From positions 8 to 64,007 of the IMG/VR virus record IMGVR_UViG_3300007508_000607: DNA of 64,000 bases; one strand, 5' to 3'. Each line of letters opens with the position of its first letter. Within the stretch, counting starts at the first letter, position 1. Origin of the DNA: a virus (lineage: Duplodnaviria; Caudoviricetes). The position numbers and the translations under genes are program-made. Positions 50,774 to 63,863 of this stretch are shown here, piece after piece. The notes under the pieces were generated by a model. That model was not told the origin of the DNA and searched no databases. It worked only from the letters and a program-made list of their open reading frames with translations.

Positions 50774-53503
50774 ATGGCAAATATAACATTAATTACGTCA
50801 GGGATGACTCCTAGAGAAGGTATGAATACTATGAATAGTAATATGGCTAGTATTGATGCGGACTTGGATGTATTCGACGTTGACAACGCGACTTCAGAAA
50901 CTTACGAAGCTATAGGTCCCAACGCCCCAGCTAGCAGTGTTTTAGTAGGTACGAGTGCAACACAAACCTTAAAAAACAAAACTATTACATCTGAAAATTC
51001 AGTAGATGATTTAGGGGTTTCTGGCGATAATGCACTAAATATAGGTAGAAAAGACTTACACAGCACACTAATAAAATTTGATTCACCGGAAGATAACGAC
51101 AACAACTATTCATCTTACGAGATGGCTGTAGATGATACAAATGAAGTAAGTGTAATTACGGTGTCAGGCTCTAATGGCATAACGACAGACTGAACTCCAA
51201 ATCAACCACACGGAACTCTAGAGATATCTCTTGACTCAGATGCACAACTTGTAAAGACCGGGCAAACTTTAACTTTTGGAGAAGGGAATACTTTAACGTC
51301 TGGATTTAAAATGGATGTTCAAGGTCAAGTATTGATGTCAGAAAACCTATCCATAGGGAACGATGTTACGGGCGTGTCCTCTGATCCACTAACTATATAT
51401 GACTCTAGCGATAATCTTGCAACCTTCGAAAGTTCAGATGCTAGTTCTTACATAACAATAAAAAATTCTTCTTATAAAGCAGTAAAATTTTCAGATAGTA
51501 CTGAGACAAAATCTTACGTAGGTAGGCATGATGACGGTACTTTTAGGATTATACAGAACTCTTCGTTTGGTAGTACTGATGGTATAGTAATGAGTACCAC
51601 CGGTAATGTCGGTATACAAACTTCAAGTGGTTTAGATACTTATAAACTACATGTGTCTGGAGACACTAAAGTAGACGGAACTCTTCTCTCTACAGGTAAT
51701 GTAGATTTTGACAGTGACTTAAACGTAGATGGTAATTCTTCATTAGTTGGAACTCTGGAAGTTACTGGTGCAACAACTTTATCAAATGACTTATATGTAT
51801 CTGGTAATCAAGGTATAGGTACTACCTCTCCTACCGTTAGTGGTCTAGATATAGACGTGACTAGCGCTAATGGAAATATTATACGAGTAAAGAATAGTGG
51901 GACAGGTTCCTTTATATCTTTCGAGGACCAGGGATCCACAGCTAATTACAATTGGATAGGAGCAACAAGCAACAACTTAATTTTTAGAGCAAATAACGAA
52001 GAACGAGTCAGGGTAACATACAACGGTAAAGTAGGAATAAACGAAACTAACCCACAACAAACTTTACATGTTGGTGGACAAATTAGAATAGAAGATACAG
52101 ACGCTAGATTAGAAATACATGATACTACTGGGGATAACTACAGAATACAAAACCAAAATGGTACTTTAAAATTTATAAATAGTACTGACTCCGATAGGGA
52201 AGATATTGCTATTACTGGGGGCGGTCGGGTAGGTATTGATAAGTCAGTTCCGGAGGGTAAGTTACATGTATACTCCTCGGCATCAGAATCCAATGATGTA
52301 TCAGCAGTTTTTGAGGGTGATGATCATTCAATAGTACGGATTAAGGGAACAGGACAAAGAACTATAAACTTTGTAAATAGTAGTAGTGATACTAACTGGA
52401 TGATTGGGATGGATGACTCCAACGGTTCCGGAGGAAATGCATCAGACTATATTATTAAACAAGGTGACAATGTAGTGCCGGAGTTTATAGTTGATACATC
52501 AGGTAATATAGGTATCAATACTAATAACCCTGAACGTAAACTTGATGTTAATGCAACAAACTTAAATAATGCCTTCAGAGTAAGGGACTCATCGTCATAT
52601 ATAATGACTAATACTATCGGAGGGTCCCCTGTTTTAGAGATGCAGGACGACACAGGATCAGCTTTTATAAAGTTTATAAAAGGATCTGATACAGAAAACG
52701 ACGTATTTTTACGTGCATATGATGGAAAGATAGGAATAAGTAATAATCAAGCTGATTCACCAGATGAGTTGCTCCATGTTCGTGGAAATATAAAAGCTGA
52801 TGGGTTTACAGTTGCCGGAACTCTTACTATCGGTACTTTAAACGTAACTGAGGCTTATACTACTAACGATATTACAGTAAACAATGCACTCTCTGTAAAT
52901 AACTTAACTAAGTTAAGCGGACAAACTGATATTGGGGTATACTCTGATCTACAGTTTCAGCCCAATAAAGACATAAAAGATGTAAGAAAGGTAACTGCTG
53001 ATCAGTTTCAGGTAAACTCAAGTAATGATGTTCCTAATTATTGTGCCCCATTTACCACGATAATTGTTGAGTATAGCTCCGGAAATTCAAGAAAATTTGC
53101 TGATGATACATCACCTGTTCATGGAAGGATAGGCTGGTCAGATACAGACAACGCTACTTCAATAAATGCTCCATTTAATGGGACAGGCTCTTCATCTAAG
53201 TATACTTACTGACCTAAATCTGGATATTATAGAATAGTAGCTAATGTGGGAGCAAATTATACTTACTCCGGAGATGATGCAAAGTCGTACATAAAGGCAT
53301 TAGTAGACAATACTACGGTAGGAGTATCATACTCATCTGATTATAATAGTAATGGTGATACTGTTCAGTATTATTCACTTCACGGGGTGTATCGTTGCAC
53401 ATCCTCTGGATTTAAACAACTTACTTTTAAACTGGATGACAGGGATCATGTAGATTTTTGTATGTTATTTAATTGTACAGTAGAATGAATAGCACCTTTA
53501 TAA
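50774..53503 (+). CDS. Tail fibre protein (909 aa, TGA=Trp at 51191, 53210, 53486)
   Basis: Multiple G(N/K/R)(V/I)GI...P...LHV repeats; same-frame fragments. Confidence 0.8.
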
Positions 53504-53520
53504 AATAGGAAGATAAAAAT

Positions 53521-56500
53521 ATGAGAATAAAAATACCATCAGGAACAGTACAGAATTTAGAGAAAGTATTTGACGATCTTCAGGTAGCTGTACAATCAAA
53601 CTTGTCTAAAAGACTGAATACATTATTTAATTCTTTTGCAATTCCAGTCGACTTGGTAAACGGGGACGTTTCTATATCAGACTCTACTTTAAAAGTTTTT
53701 TCACAGCCAACATCCGGGGTACCAACACAATTTTTAGTTCAACCAGGTAAGGCATTTTTTAGTAATGGTAACCTACTAAATTTAGAATCAAACACATATT
53801 TTTCTCTCCCGGAATTAGGGATAACTACACAAGCTGATACTATATATCTTATAAAAGGATCATTCCAAGAAGTAGGTAGTAACCCAGTGTCAGCAATGAA
53901 TGCTTTTTTATATGATACTTCGGGAGAAACTCCTTATTCTAAAAGAAACACTTTATATACCGATTCATTCATACCTTCTATTAAAGTATTGGTTTCTGGG
54001 GATAACCTAAATTCATCTTTAATTGTAGACCCATTGAATGAAGTTCCATTAGCAATAGTAAAAACTGATAGTACTGGAAAATTAATTAATACGAGTACTT
54101 TCACATTTCTTGACTCATCGAGTAAAACATGGGTATCTGATTCAAATGGTGTTATAGACTTGAGATCTTTATCCTCACTAAAAATATCAAAGAATGTTCT
54201 TGACGAGAATGATGTAATTTTAAAAGATAGGGATTCTACAGGAAATTTTAAACAGCAAGGTAAGGTTGAGTTTGGTGATGATATACTTGTATCTGACGAT
54301 GTTTTTATTGTAAATAAAAGCGAAGGAAAGGTTGGGATAAAAACTGGTACTCCTACTTCAGAGCTAACAATTGATGGTAATATAGAATTTACTCCTAGTA
54401 CGTCGAGACGAGTATATATGGGTGGGCAAGCAGAAGCCACTTTTGGAGTTGCTTATTCTACTGATATGCCAGATCACGGTATTTTTTATACGGAGGGTTC
54501 TCCTGATATTATAAACCTGTCCCCTAATGGAAGTTCAGTTGCTGGGGTAGTCACCGTTACTGGTGATGGGAAAGTAGGTATAAATAAAACAAACCCTGAT
54601 GAAGCATTGCACCTAGAAGGAAGTATTAGGGGCGACCAAGATGGCGGATCAATAAGAATTCAAACAGCAAGTGGGTGGACAAATATCGGTTCACAAAACA
54701 GTAATTGAACTCACATACAAACAGATAGAGAGAGATTTTATTTTAATAAAGAAGTAGTTGTAAATACCGGAAAAATCAGTTCTTATGATGAGAATTTAGT
54801 TTTGAAGGCTGACTACGATAACTCTATAACGGACAATCAACTATATTTAAAAACAGACGGGTCTATTGGTGTTGGGTACGTACCATCTTCTACAGATATA
54901 TCATCTTTACATATTAAACAGACGTCTGACTTGTGGAAAGCTTTGACTATCCATAACGCTGATGATACTAGTTCTATTAGTGTATATACTGGAACAAGCG
55001 AATCATTTATAGAGACAGACTCTACCTCAAATTTAGTAATTAAAACTGGTAGTAATGACAGAATTTTAGTAAGATACCTTGATGGCCATGTGGGAATTAA
55101 TAATCTATCTCCAGATGAAATGCTTCATGTTATCGGAAACATAAAATCATCGGACACTATTTACTCAAAAGATGCAGACTTGTCTGGAAATCTTACAGTG
55201 AATAAGTTAGGAACAATACAGAATTTAACTGGAGGGTTTGCACAGTTACAAGAAGTTAACATTGTTGGGGACGGCGGACTTTCAGTTTCTGGGGGGTCAG
55301 CATCTATACAAACGTTATATAATGCATATGGGACAATAGAAAATTTAGATGTTAGTAACTCATCAACAATAAATGAAGCATCAATTAAAAGTTTGAGCGT
55401 TCCAACTGCATCTGGTCAAAACTTTACTAATATGGGTGCAGGATTTGATAGGTCTGGAAACCTGGCTTTAGGGGTTAACAAGCCTATAAACACTGAAAAC
55501 TCTAGACTTTTAGTAAAAGGTGACACTAGATTTTTTAATGACTCTGGTAGTGCAGCCAATTTTAATCTTGGTGGCGTTGCAACTTCTGGTGGATTTAACT
55601 TTCAGGTCAATGGATCAGATATGGAAGTCACAGGCCCTGGAGGACACGTTGCTTCCTTTAGAAGCTTAGACGGAGTTTTATATTCTCCTAAAATTCTAGC
55701 AGACGATATAGACTTAGTCCAAGACCCAACATTAAGCGGTACCCGTACCTTTGGGTGGGGCTATGCTAACATGAGTATACTTGATATTGATGCTAATGAA
55801 GTTAGGACGGGTGGAGCAAGTATAGGACAATCTTCTGAATTTACTGGAGTGACGACTTTACATGACGCAGTTATATATGGACTTACATTAGGTGGAGGCG
55901 ATGAAGGATCCAATGTATATATAAGTGGCGTTACAAATGAAGAATTTTATCTAGGTCTTGGAACTGATAACCAAAGAATGGTAGCTACGGTAGCAGGAAC
56001 CCCAACAACATTAACAAATTTCAGACTGTATGATATATACCCGACATCTAATAAAGAAGAGCAGGCTGGATTTGTGTCATTGAAGTGGAATTATGATGGA
56101 TTAAGTTTTGTAGCAGGTCAAGCTCCGTCAGTAGGGGGAAATACCGTGAAGCTTACCCATTTTACTATGTCTAGCAATGATTTACTACTAGCTTCTGGAA
56201 AAACATTGTACTTAGAAGAAACATCTAATTCTTATGAGATATTGTCTATAGTAGATAATAGTACTGACATTGAAGTTACAATAAGAGGAGTCTTCTCACA
56301 AAGTGACCAAGACTCTGCAGCTACTGCTCGCATTGTAGATAGACATGTTACTGATTATGTTTTAAAATGTATCGAGTTAGATTTAAATACATCACAACCA
56401 ACTGGGTATGTAGAAACATATATGCTAGATTCTGAGTTTGTAACTAACCCAAATTATATCGTAAAGTTAAACTTAGGAAAAAGATGGTATTTTGAATTAA

Positions 56501-57177
56501 AGGGTAAAAACTCTTACTTAGAAGGTAGCTTTGAAAGAATGCCAGCAGGTACATATGATCCTGATCATGACGGGGTAGGCTATGTTTCTTACTCACAAAA
56601 TTACTTACATGAGCTGCCGGACATAACCACAGCAGCGGGTATATCTTTAACGAGCAGTGTATTTGGATTTAATATTGAGATTGTGGGAAGTGGTTGGTAC
56701 GATTCGACAGATGATCAAAATAGCGCGCATGAATTTGAAGTAGTTTACTCAAAAACAGAGAACCCCTCTTTTTCTGCATCTGATACAAGCGTCACAAAAT
56801 TTATAACTGGGAACAAACTTACTCCTGTTACTACTAATACGCCGTCTATGTGGTACGTAAAGGTTAGGCCTTTACAGAATAAACAACCCGTTGGAACAGA
56901 ACTTTACAGTGATATAGTCAGTGGTGGTGGTGGTATAGCTCCTGGGGACCAGATTTTGGTGCAGATGCCTGTGAATGTTACAGTAGTTTCAGGGTTAGTA
57001 ACCAAAGACGTAGGAACGGGAGACGTTACTTTTAATGCTTTTGATAAAAATGGGGATGAAATTACTATGGGTAACGGCGAACAGACTGGTAAGGATATTA
57101 TTATAAAAGACTCCACTGGTAGTACTAATAAGGGAGAAACAAAAATTAACAGGCACTCAACAACCTTTAGCGCATAG
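53521..57177 (+). CDS. Tail fibre / large virion protein (1218 aa, TGA=Trp at 54706)
   Basis: GKVGI repeats; IGSQNSN[W]THIQTDRERFYFNK module; FN3-like segments. Confidence 0.8.
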
Positions 57178-57186
57178 GAAATAGAT

Positions 57187-57606
57187 ATGGGATTTACACA
57201 AAAAATGGTTTTAGATAGTGAGCCTTCTGGGCTTACAACCGGAGATAAGTGGTTTTCAGGAATTACAGAAGGAGCTAGAGAGTTACATAGAGAAAACTTA
57301 ACTGTTGACTTTACACTCACTAGTATTACTTTTGATTGTAAGGGAGCAGACGGAGTAAGTGGGTCTGATCCAGCAATTATACGAGTCTACCAAAGTGGTC
57401 AAAAGTCTATGGCGGCTATACTAGAAGTTTCTGGTACCGGAATTTTTTCTCAGTCTATAAATGTCGATATCACTGCTGCTCAAGGATCAACAAGAACTAT
57501 GATTATTGATGCCTTTGACCCCGATGATACCTCACCAAATAATGATTGTGCATTTACTGGCAGTATTTCCATAACAGGAAAGCCGAAAATATCAGATAAT
57601 GGTTAG
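57187..57606 (+). CDS. Hypothetical virion protein (139 aa)
   Basis: AGGA RBS, beta-rich. Confidence 0.6.
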   Translation: MGFTQKMVLDSEPSGLTTGDKWFSGITEGARELHRENLTVDFTLTSITFDCKGADGVSGSDPAIIRVYQSGQKSMAAILEVSGTGIFSQSINVDITAAQGSTRTMIIDAFDPDDTSPNNDCAFTGSISITGKPKISDNG

Positions 57607-57612
57607 TAAGTC

Positions 57613-58641
57613 ATGGCTTCTTATAAGGCTAGACTAGACAAAAGTGGTGTAATGGCCTCCATATATAATTCTAATAGCATTAGAGTTGATGTGGATGTGA
57701 CTGATAAGTATGGTTTTTATGAGTTTAAAAATTTAGTAACAGGTCCATACCTAATAAAATTTTATGGTATGGGGTACTCGTCAGATGACAATATAAATAT
57801 TAGCATAGTTGACGAATTCGATGCAGAGGACACAGCTCCTTTAACTTTTCAAACTCCACCTGCTTTAGGCGTTACAGAAGGTAACCCATTTTCAGGACAA
57901 CAGGGGGAAGGTAGTGAAGGTATATTTGCATTCAGTAATCTACAACCATCCACAGGAATCTTAGGTAAAGTAGATATTTTTTATAAATTATCATCATCCT
58001 CAGATTATAATGTCCTATTTTCTTTAAGTATAGGAGACGATACTCCCGGTTATGATAAAGCAAATGGATTGCTAGAGACTGACTTTCCAATAGAATTGGT
58101 AGATAAGCCCTCTACTTATGATTTCAAAGTTTTCTTTTTTAACCCTTCCAGTGAGCCAGCTTTAAATTCATCCAACGACACTATTACTGCAGATGACACA
58201 TCTATAACCTTTAACGGTATTCCAGATTTAGACGAGTACATAGGAGTAACAGGTGTAGAAGTCAGTAACAGTAATGCTGCTGGCACAAAAGTACCTACTA
58301 ATGAAATTATAGTTACATGGGATGACATGTCTAATGAATCTGCTGGTACTTACGAAGACGCATCCGGTAGTTCTGTGACCGTATCAGAAAATCAGTTAAA
58401 AAATATATCTTCTTATATTGTATATATGTATGTGAGTGCTGGTACTTCGCCCCCTTCAAACGGTGAAAATTATCCTAATAAAACAGAAACTAATGGAGAG
58501 TGGTACATGCTGGATACAATTCATTCTAGCCAGCAGAGAGCCAGCCTAAGAGTTCCTCAACAAAAATCAGTTATGCTGTGAATTGGTTTTCTTACAGGAG
58601 GGACTTCTTCGTCTACTACAAGTAATGAGTACAACTTCTAG
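57613..58641 (+). CDS. Ig/FN3-like virion protein (342 aa, TGA=Trp at 58579)
   Basis: TDKYGFYEFKNL..G.Y carboxypeptidase-regulatory-like motif; VTWD FN3-like. Confidence 0.6.
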
Positions 58642-58692
58642 TGGTTCTAAAACTACAGTTGTACAGAAAGCAAAAAATACGTATATTTAATT

Positions 58693-59262
58693 ATGTCAAG
58701 TACAACAAATTTATTAGCAGTCCCAGGCGACGATGATGTCGATTTGCAAACACTTAAAAATTTTGCACTAACAGTTAGTTGGGCTAGTAAAGCTATACTA
58801 GAGGTTTTTTATGATGAGGTGTTAAGACATGAATCTTCGCCAGGAGACTTGGTAGTCAACGGAGGGGAATTAACCACTCCAGTGACAGCTTCGTCTTTAA
58901 CTTCGTACACTTGGAATTCAAAATATTTTCCTTTAGTCTCGGGTACAGAATCTTTAACAAAAGCTACAATGGATATTGGTGCAACTACTTATGGATTAGG
59001 CAGTGTAAAAGTTGATGCAACTTTAAACTCCGGCTTAAATTGGTATACTTGGTATGATACGGATACAGCGGGAACAGGGGGAGACTACCCCGACGGATTT
59101 TTAAACAGGAGTAAGATAGAAAAAACAGCAGATACGGTTTTGACTTCTGGCCAAACAGCTGCTATAAGGGTAACTATTACAACTGACTCATCTGGGTTTG
59201 GCGGAGCAGTTGATTATGTTGCATTACTCACAGACCCAGATCTTTTTGATTACGGGTATTAA
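58693..59262 (+). CDS. Hypothetical virion protein (189 aa)
   Basis: Intact beta-rich ORF in structural block. Confidence 0.6.
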   Translation: MSSTTNLLAVPGDDDVDLQTLKNFALTVSWASKAILEVFYDEVLRHESSPGDLVVNGGELTTPVTASSLTSYTWNSKYFPLVSGTESLTKATMDIGATTYGLGSVKVDATLNSGLNWYTWYDTDTAGTGGDYPDGFLNRSKIEKTADTVLTSGQTAAIRVTITTDSSGFGGAVDYVALLTDPDLFDYGY

Positions 59263-59277
59263 ACCAACTTTGTACTT

Positions 59278-60423
59278 ATGAATGAATATAATATACACTT
59301 TGTTTCCTACCCAGTGTTACCAGTACAATATTATCATAATGTTTATGGAGGCAACCCCTTCAACCAAAAAACATATTTATTAAGTAGGACTTTAGTTAAA
59401 AACGGGATAAAAACATACTACTACGGATGGGATGATAGTGAGTTTATATGCACTAAGAAATTTAATGTAGATACTCACAAAAAATATATTTATAAAAATA
59501 GGAGTAATCTTGTGCGCGGGTTATCTCAGAAAGCCATAGAAACCTGAACAGCCAAATTTTTAGATCAATACAAAAAAAATAAGAGCTCAGGAATAGTAAA
59601 TGATAAATCCATTTTTTTATTTTCTGGAAATTGTTCTATCATACCTGCTATAAATGATGCATTAACTAAAGATAACATGATAACATGCGAATACCCTGTT
59701 GCTTATTTAGTATCATCTAGTCAATACAAAATTTTTGAGTCTACTTCAATCCTACATTTATTCATGGGATGAAATCACTGTAATAATACTAACCACATTA
59801 GTTGACAAGACATTAGAAAGATAGATACAGCTAATCCAAATTTCTGACTATACAAAAAAATTAGTCCAATAATGGATGTGGATGCTCTTACTTTTTCTGA
59901 AACTTGCTCTGGTTATCATCTATATATTGGGAGGCCTATTGAAACTAAAGGAATATCTATAGTGCTTTCATTGATTAAAGAGTTTCCAAATGAGAAGTTT
60001 GTTTGTATGTTTAACAATGACCACACATACTCCTTCCTAGAGTCTGCAAAAAACGTAACTATTCATAAGTCACCAGAGTTTAGTGATAAAATAAATATTA
60101 TAAAAAAAGCAAAATCAATCCTTTCACCAACATTAGCTTCAGAATGTTTTGGGAGTGCCCACGTTGAAGGGCAGTTATGCGGAGTGCCCGCAATAACCAC
60201 TGATTGGGGGGCTTATACAGAAACAGTTAAAAATGGTGTAAACGGTTTTAGGTGTAGAAGTTGGGACGATTTTAAATCTGCTATAAAAAATGTAGGGAAT
60301 TTAAACCGGGCTGATATATCAAAAGAAGCGCATATTAAGTATGGGGAAGATCAGTTCAGTAAATTTGACTCTTTTTTTAAGTATATGGTTACAAATAAAT
60401 TTAATGGGTGGTACGGAACCTAA
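59278..60423 (+). CDS. GT4 glycosyltransferase (381 aa, 4 TGA=Trp)
   Basis: LYIGR...KG, ECFGSAHVEGQLCGVPAITTDWG. Confidence 0.85.
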
Positions 60424-60425
60424 CT

Positions 60426-61193
60426 ATGAAAAACTATACTTTTATATTTATAACTGGCGCTTATAATACAGCTTCATACGCAGAAAGATATTTTAAAAGT
60501 ATCTTCTCACAGACTTATAAAAATTATAATATCTGGTATGTGTGTGATGGGTGCACTGATGGTACCTATGATATTGCCAAGAAGTATTTACGTCAAGAAG
60601 ATACTTTAACTGTGAATCCCTATTCAAATCGAGGGCCTATGGCATCTACATTAAAAAATCTGTCTCACCACAAAAGAGATGAATCTGAAGATACCATTTA
60701 TATATATTTAGATGGGGATGACTGGCTTTGTGATAATAAAGTATTGGAATACTTAAATGATGAATTTCAAAATGAAGACACTTGAATGGTATACAATGGA
60801 GCTTCTATGGTGACTACTAAAGACTTAGATACTCCATCTGAAGAACGTTTTGGTGTAGAAAGTGCTTATACGAAAGAAGAGTATATGAAAGGACTTCGTG
60901 GGGTATACTATTGAAAAGGATGGCATTTAAAGGCATGGCGAGCTCCCTTGTGAGATTATATTAATCACTCTAGATATAAAAATCTTTTCCATGCTGGTGA
61001 TCGAGCTTGATTCTATGACTTATTCGATCTATGTGGATTTAATAGGGTAAAACCTTTAGAAAAACCTTTAATGGTATATAATCTTCATAACCCTTTAAAT
61101 CACCATAAAGTACATGAGTCAGCTGAGAAAGAAATACAATATATAAGCACTATACCTCCTTTAAAAAAACTTAAAAGCTTAACCAAGGTCTAG
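60426..61193 (+). CDS. GT2 glycosyltransferase (255 aa, 4 TGA=Trp)
   Basis: AYN...SIFSQTY, DGCTDGT, LDGDDWL; readthrough fills the gap to TAG 61193. Confidence 0.85.
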
Positions 61194-61194
61194 T

Positions 61195-62295
61195 ATGAAT
61201 AAAGTAAGAATACACGTGCACGGGCCAGTAAACACTATAACTAGTAACTCAGATAGACGCTTTATTTCGTGCCCATACACTACGAAAATGTTTAATATAT
61301 GTAAAATGTTCCATGAGAATGGGCATGAGGTTTTTCATTATGGGGTTGAAACGTCTAACCCACCCTGTACTGAAAATATAGAGTACATTCCTTACTCTGT
61401 GTGAGATGCTGCGCATGGGGCAAAATCTATAGAGAAAGACTATGAACAAACAGGTCTTTCTTACTCGTCATATCAGTTTGCAGAGCAACATCTGTTTAAT
61501 GAGTTAGAAAAAAGAGTGAAAGGGAAGACTGATGTTATACTAAATGGAATTGGGTGATGGACACACAAATTGGAAGATATAAATAAATTAGCACCTCATA
61601 TTGAATTTGGTATAGGCCATCCGGGAGCTGGAGCGCCCTATCAAGTTTTTGAAAGTTATGCTTATCAGAATCATCAATACGCTGAAGATAAACACTTTTC
61701 TAGAAAATGGGTGGGGAATGTAATACCTGGATATATAGATGAACAATACTTTTATTATGATTCAACTATAAAACAAGATGTAAAAAAACCTTATCTTTTA
61801 TTTCTTGGTAGAGTTATAAGTAATAAGGGTGTGGAGTTGGCGGCTCAGTTAGCAAAATACTGTGGAATGACATTAAAAGTTGCTGGTCACGGTGACTATA
61901 GTATACTAAGTGGGTACGAAGATATAGTTGAATACTTGGGAGTTGTAGGGCTGCATGAAAAAATAGACTTGATTAGAAAGGCACATGCAATGATGGCCTT
62001 AACTTATTATGTGGAGCCTTTTGGCAACAGCCACGCTGAATCTTTGATGCTTGGGACTCCTGTTATAAGCACAGATTGAGGAGTATACACTGAAACAATT
62101 CAAAATGGTAAAAATGGATTCAGGGGAAGATTCTGGTCAGATTTTTTAAAAGGTATAGAGGGCGTAAAGAACTTAAACAGGGAGGAAATATCTAAATTAG
62201 CATATAATAAATTTTCCTTGGAGAGTGTATATCCTAAATTTAATAAGTACTTTTCTGATGTATTAAATATTCATAATAATGGGTGGTATTCATAA
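61195..62295 (+). CDS. GT4 glycosyltransferase, paralog of 59278-60423 (366 aa, 3 TGA=Trp)
   Basis: LFLGRVISNKG, EPFGNSHAESLMLGTPVISTD[W]G. Confidence 0.85.
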
Positions 62296-62322
62296 TGTAT
62301 TCTTTACGAAGAGGTGAAACAA

Positions 62323-62823
62323 ATGGGAACTAGCTACTGCGGGTTCAGAAAATTTATTGTTGACTATTTAAAAGACACTTATAGTGAAGATGCTACTATA
62401 CTTGATGTTGGGCCAGGGATAGGGACTTATTACTATATACTTAACCATTACTTTAAAAAAATAGATTGCGTTGAAATTTATAAACCATATATTGACGAGT
62501 ATAATTTAAAGAGTAAGTACCAAAATGTTTATAATTGTGATATACTGGGCTTTGATCTCTCCAAGTATGATGTAGTTATTATGGGCGATGTTTTAGAGCA
62601 TATTTCAATAAAAAATAGTACACTTCTTATAGATAGTATACTTAAAACATGTAAAGAAGTTATAGTAGTAGTTCCTTGGCAATATAAACAAGGTGAAATT
62701 AATGGTAATATATATGAAGCACATAAACAAGATGACTTAACAAAAGATGTTATGTTAAGTCGATACCAAAATTTAAAGTGTATAAAATATAATGATCACA
62801 GCGGGGTTTTTGTAAAGTGCTAA
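62323..62823 (+). CDS. Class I SAM-dependent methyltransferase
   Basis: ILDVGPGIG, GDVLEH; GAGG RBS. Confidence 0.8.
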   Translation: MGTSYCGFRKFIVDYLKDTYSEDATILDVGPGIGTYYYILNHYFKKIDCVEIYKPYIDEYNLKSKYQNVYNCDILGFDLSKYDVVIMGDVLEHISIKNSTLLIDSILKTCKEVIVVVPWQYKQGEINGNIYEAHKQDDLTKDVMLSRYQNLKCIKYNDHSGVFVKC

Positions 62824-63863
62824 CTATAAACATAATAGTAAAGAATGAGGAAAGTAATATTGAAAGATGTTTAAACAGTGTAAAAAATATTGCTGATTTT
62901 TGGGTATTAGTTGATACTGGATCTACTTCAGAAGTAACAGCTGACCTTGCGATGCGCGTTATGTCAGGCATCCCTGGTAAAATAATATATTTAAATGAAT
63001 TTAAAGATTACTCATATGCAAGAAATATTGCTTTGGATGAATCTTCAAAAAATACTTGGATATTAAGTATTGATGCTGATGAGGAGTTTAGGGGAGAATT
63101 ACCTTTTTTAGATGATAGTGCTTCACGATATAAAGTAAAAATATCTGATGGATACCAAGATTTTTGAAACTATAGATTATTTAATAAAAAATTCGGATCA
63201 AATTGGGTAGGCCCAATTCATGAGATAGTAGAATTTGAAAAAGAGGGGCCAATACTCGAGAGCCCTGATTTTTATTTACATCATTATAGATCTGGTACTG
63301 CTATGACCTCTAAAGAAAAATTTAATTTTTATTTCTCTAAACTTTTAGATGATTATGAGTCTACTGGTAGTCCTAGATCATTGTTTTACCTATTTAAAAC
63401 TTTAGTAGAGACCCCATACGAAAGTGTTGACCTAGATAAAATTTTATATTATGGTAAAAAGTGTTTAGACTCAGAAACTATTGGAAACGATGAGAAGTAT
63501 ATATGTAGTTTTTTTATAGGAGATGTTTACTTTAATAAGGAGTCTTTTAATAACGCCTCTTTTTGGTATGAAAAATCTTTAAATTACAACAGAAAAAGAA
63601 AAGAATCTTTAGCAAGGTTGATGCAAATCCAATGTAATCTTAAAAATTATGAGTACGCCTATAAGATTGGGTGTATTGCTGATATAGAATATAAGAGTGA
63701 TTTTTTTGTGAAGTTGAGGGATGTGAACGAAATTTTTTGATTGTACTTTGAGCTAGCATGTTATTATTCTGGGCGACTCAACAAGGCCAAAGAAATTAAT
63801 ACATATTTACAAGCTACTTATCCAAATAATAAATTATACAAAACTAATGGAGAATTTTATTAG
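62817..63863 (+). CDS. GT2 glycosyltransferase with TPR-like C-terminus (348 aa, TGA=Trp at 63165 and 63738)
   Basis: IVKNEE, VDTGST, ARN.AL, IDADE, W.G.IHE, helical TPR-like tail. Confidence 0.85.

Noticed and set aside
57175-57189. TAG readthrough fusing the fibre to the next in-frame ORF
   Set aside because: An AGGA RBS and ATG follow; TAG acts as a normal stop elsewhere in the window
58625-58690. 21-codon ORF overlapping the end of 57613-58641
   Set aside because: No RBS or slippery site; cannot separate it from chance or an indel
829-62971. Many short antisense ORFs in the track (e.g. 2741-3112, 25854-26210, 53934-54440)
   Set aside because: Shadows of real genes on the opposite strand, with no motifs
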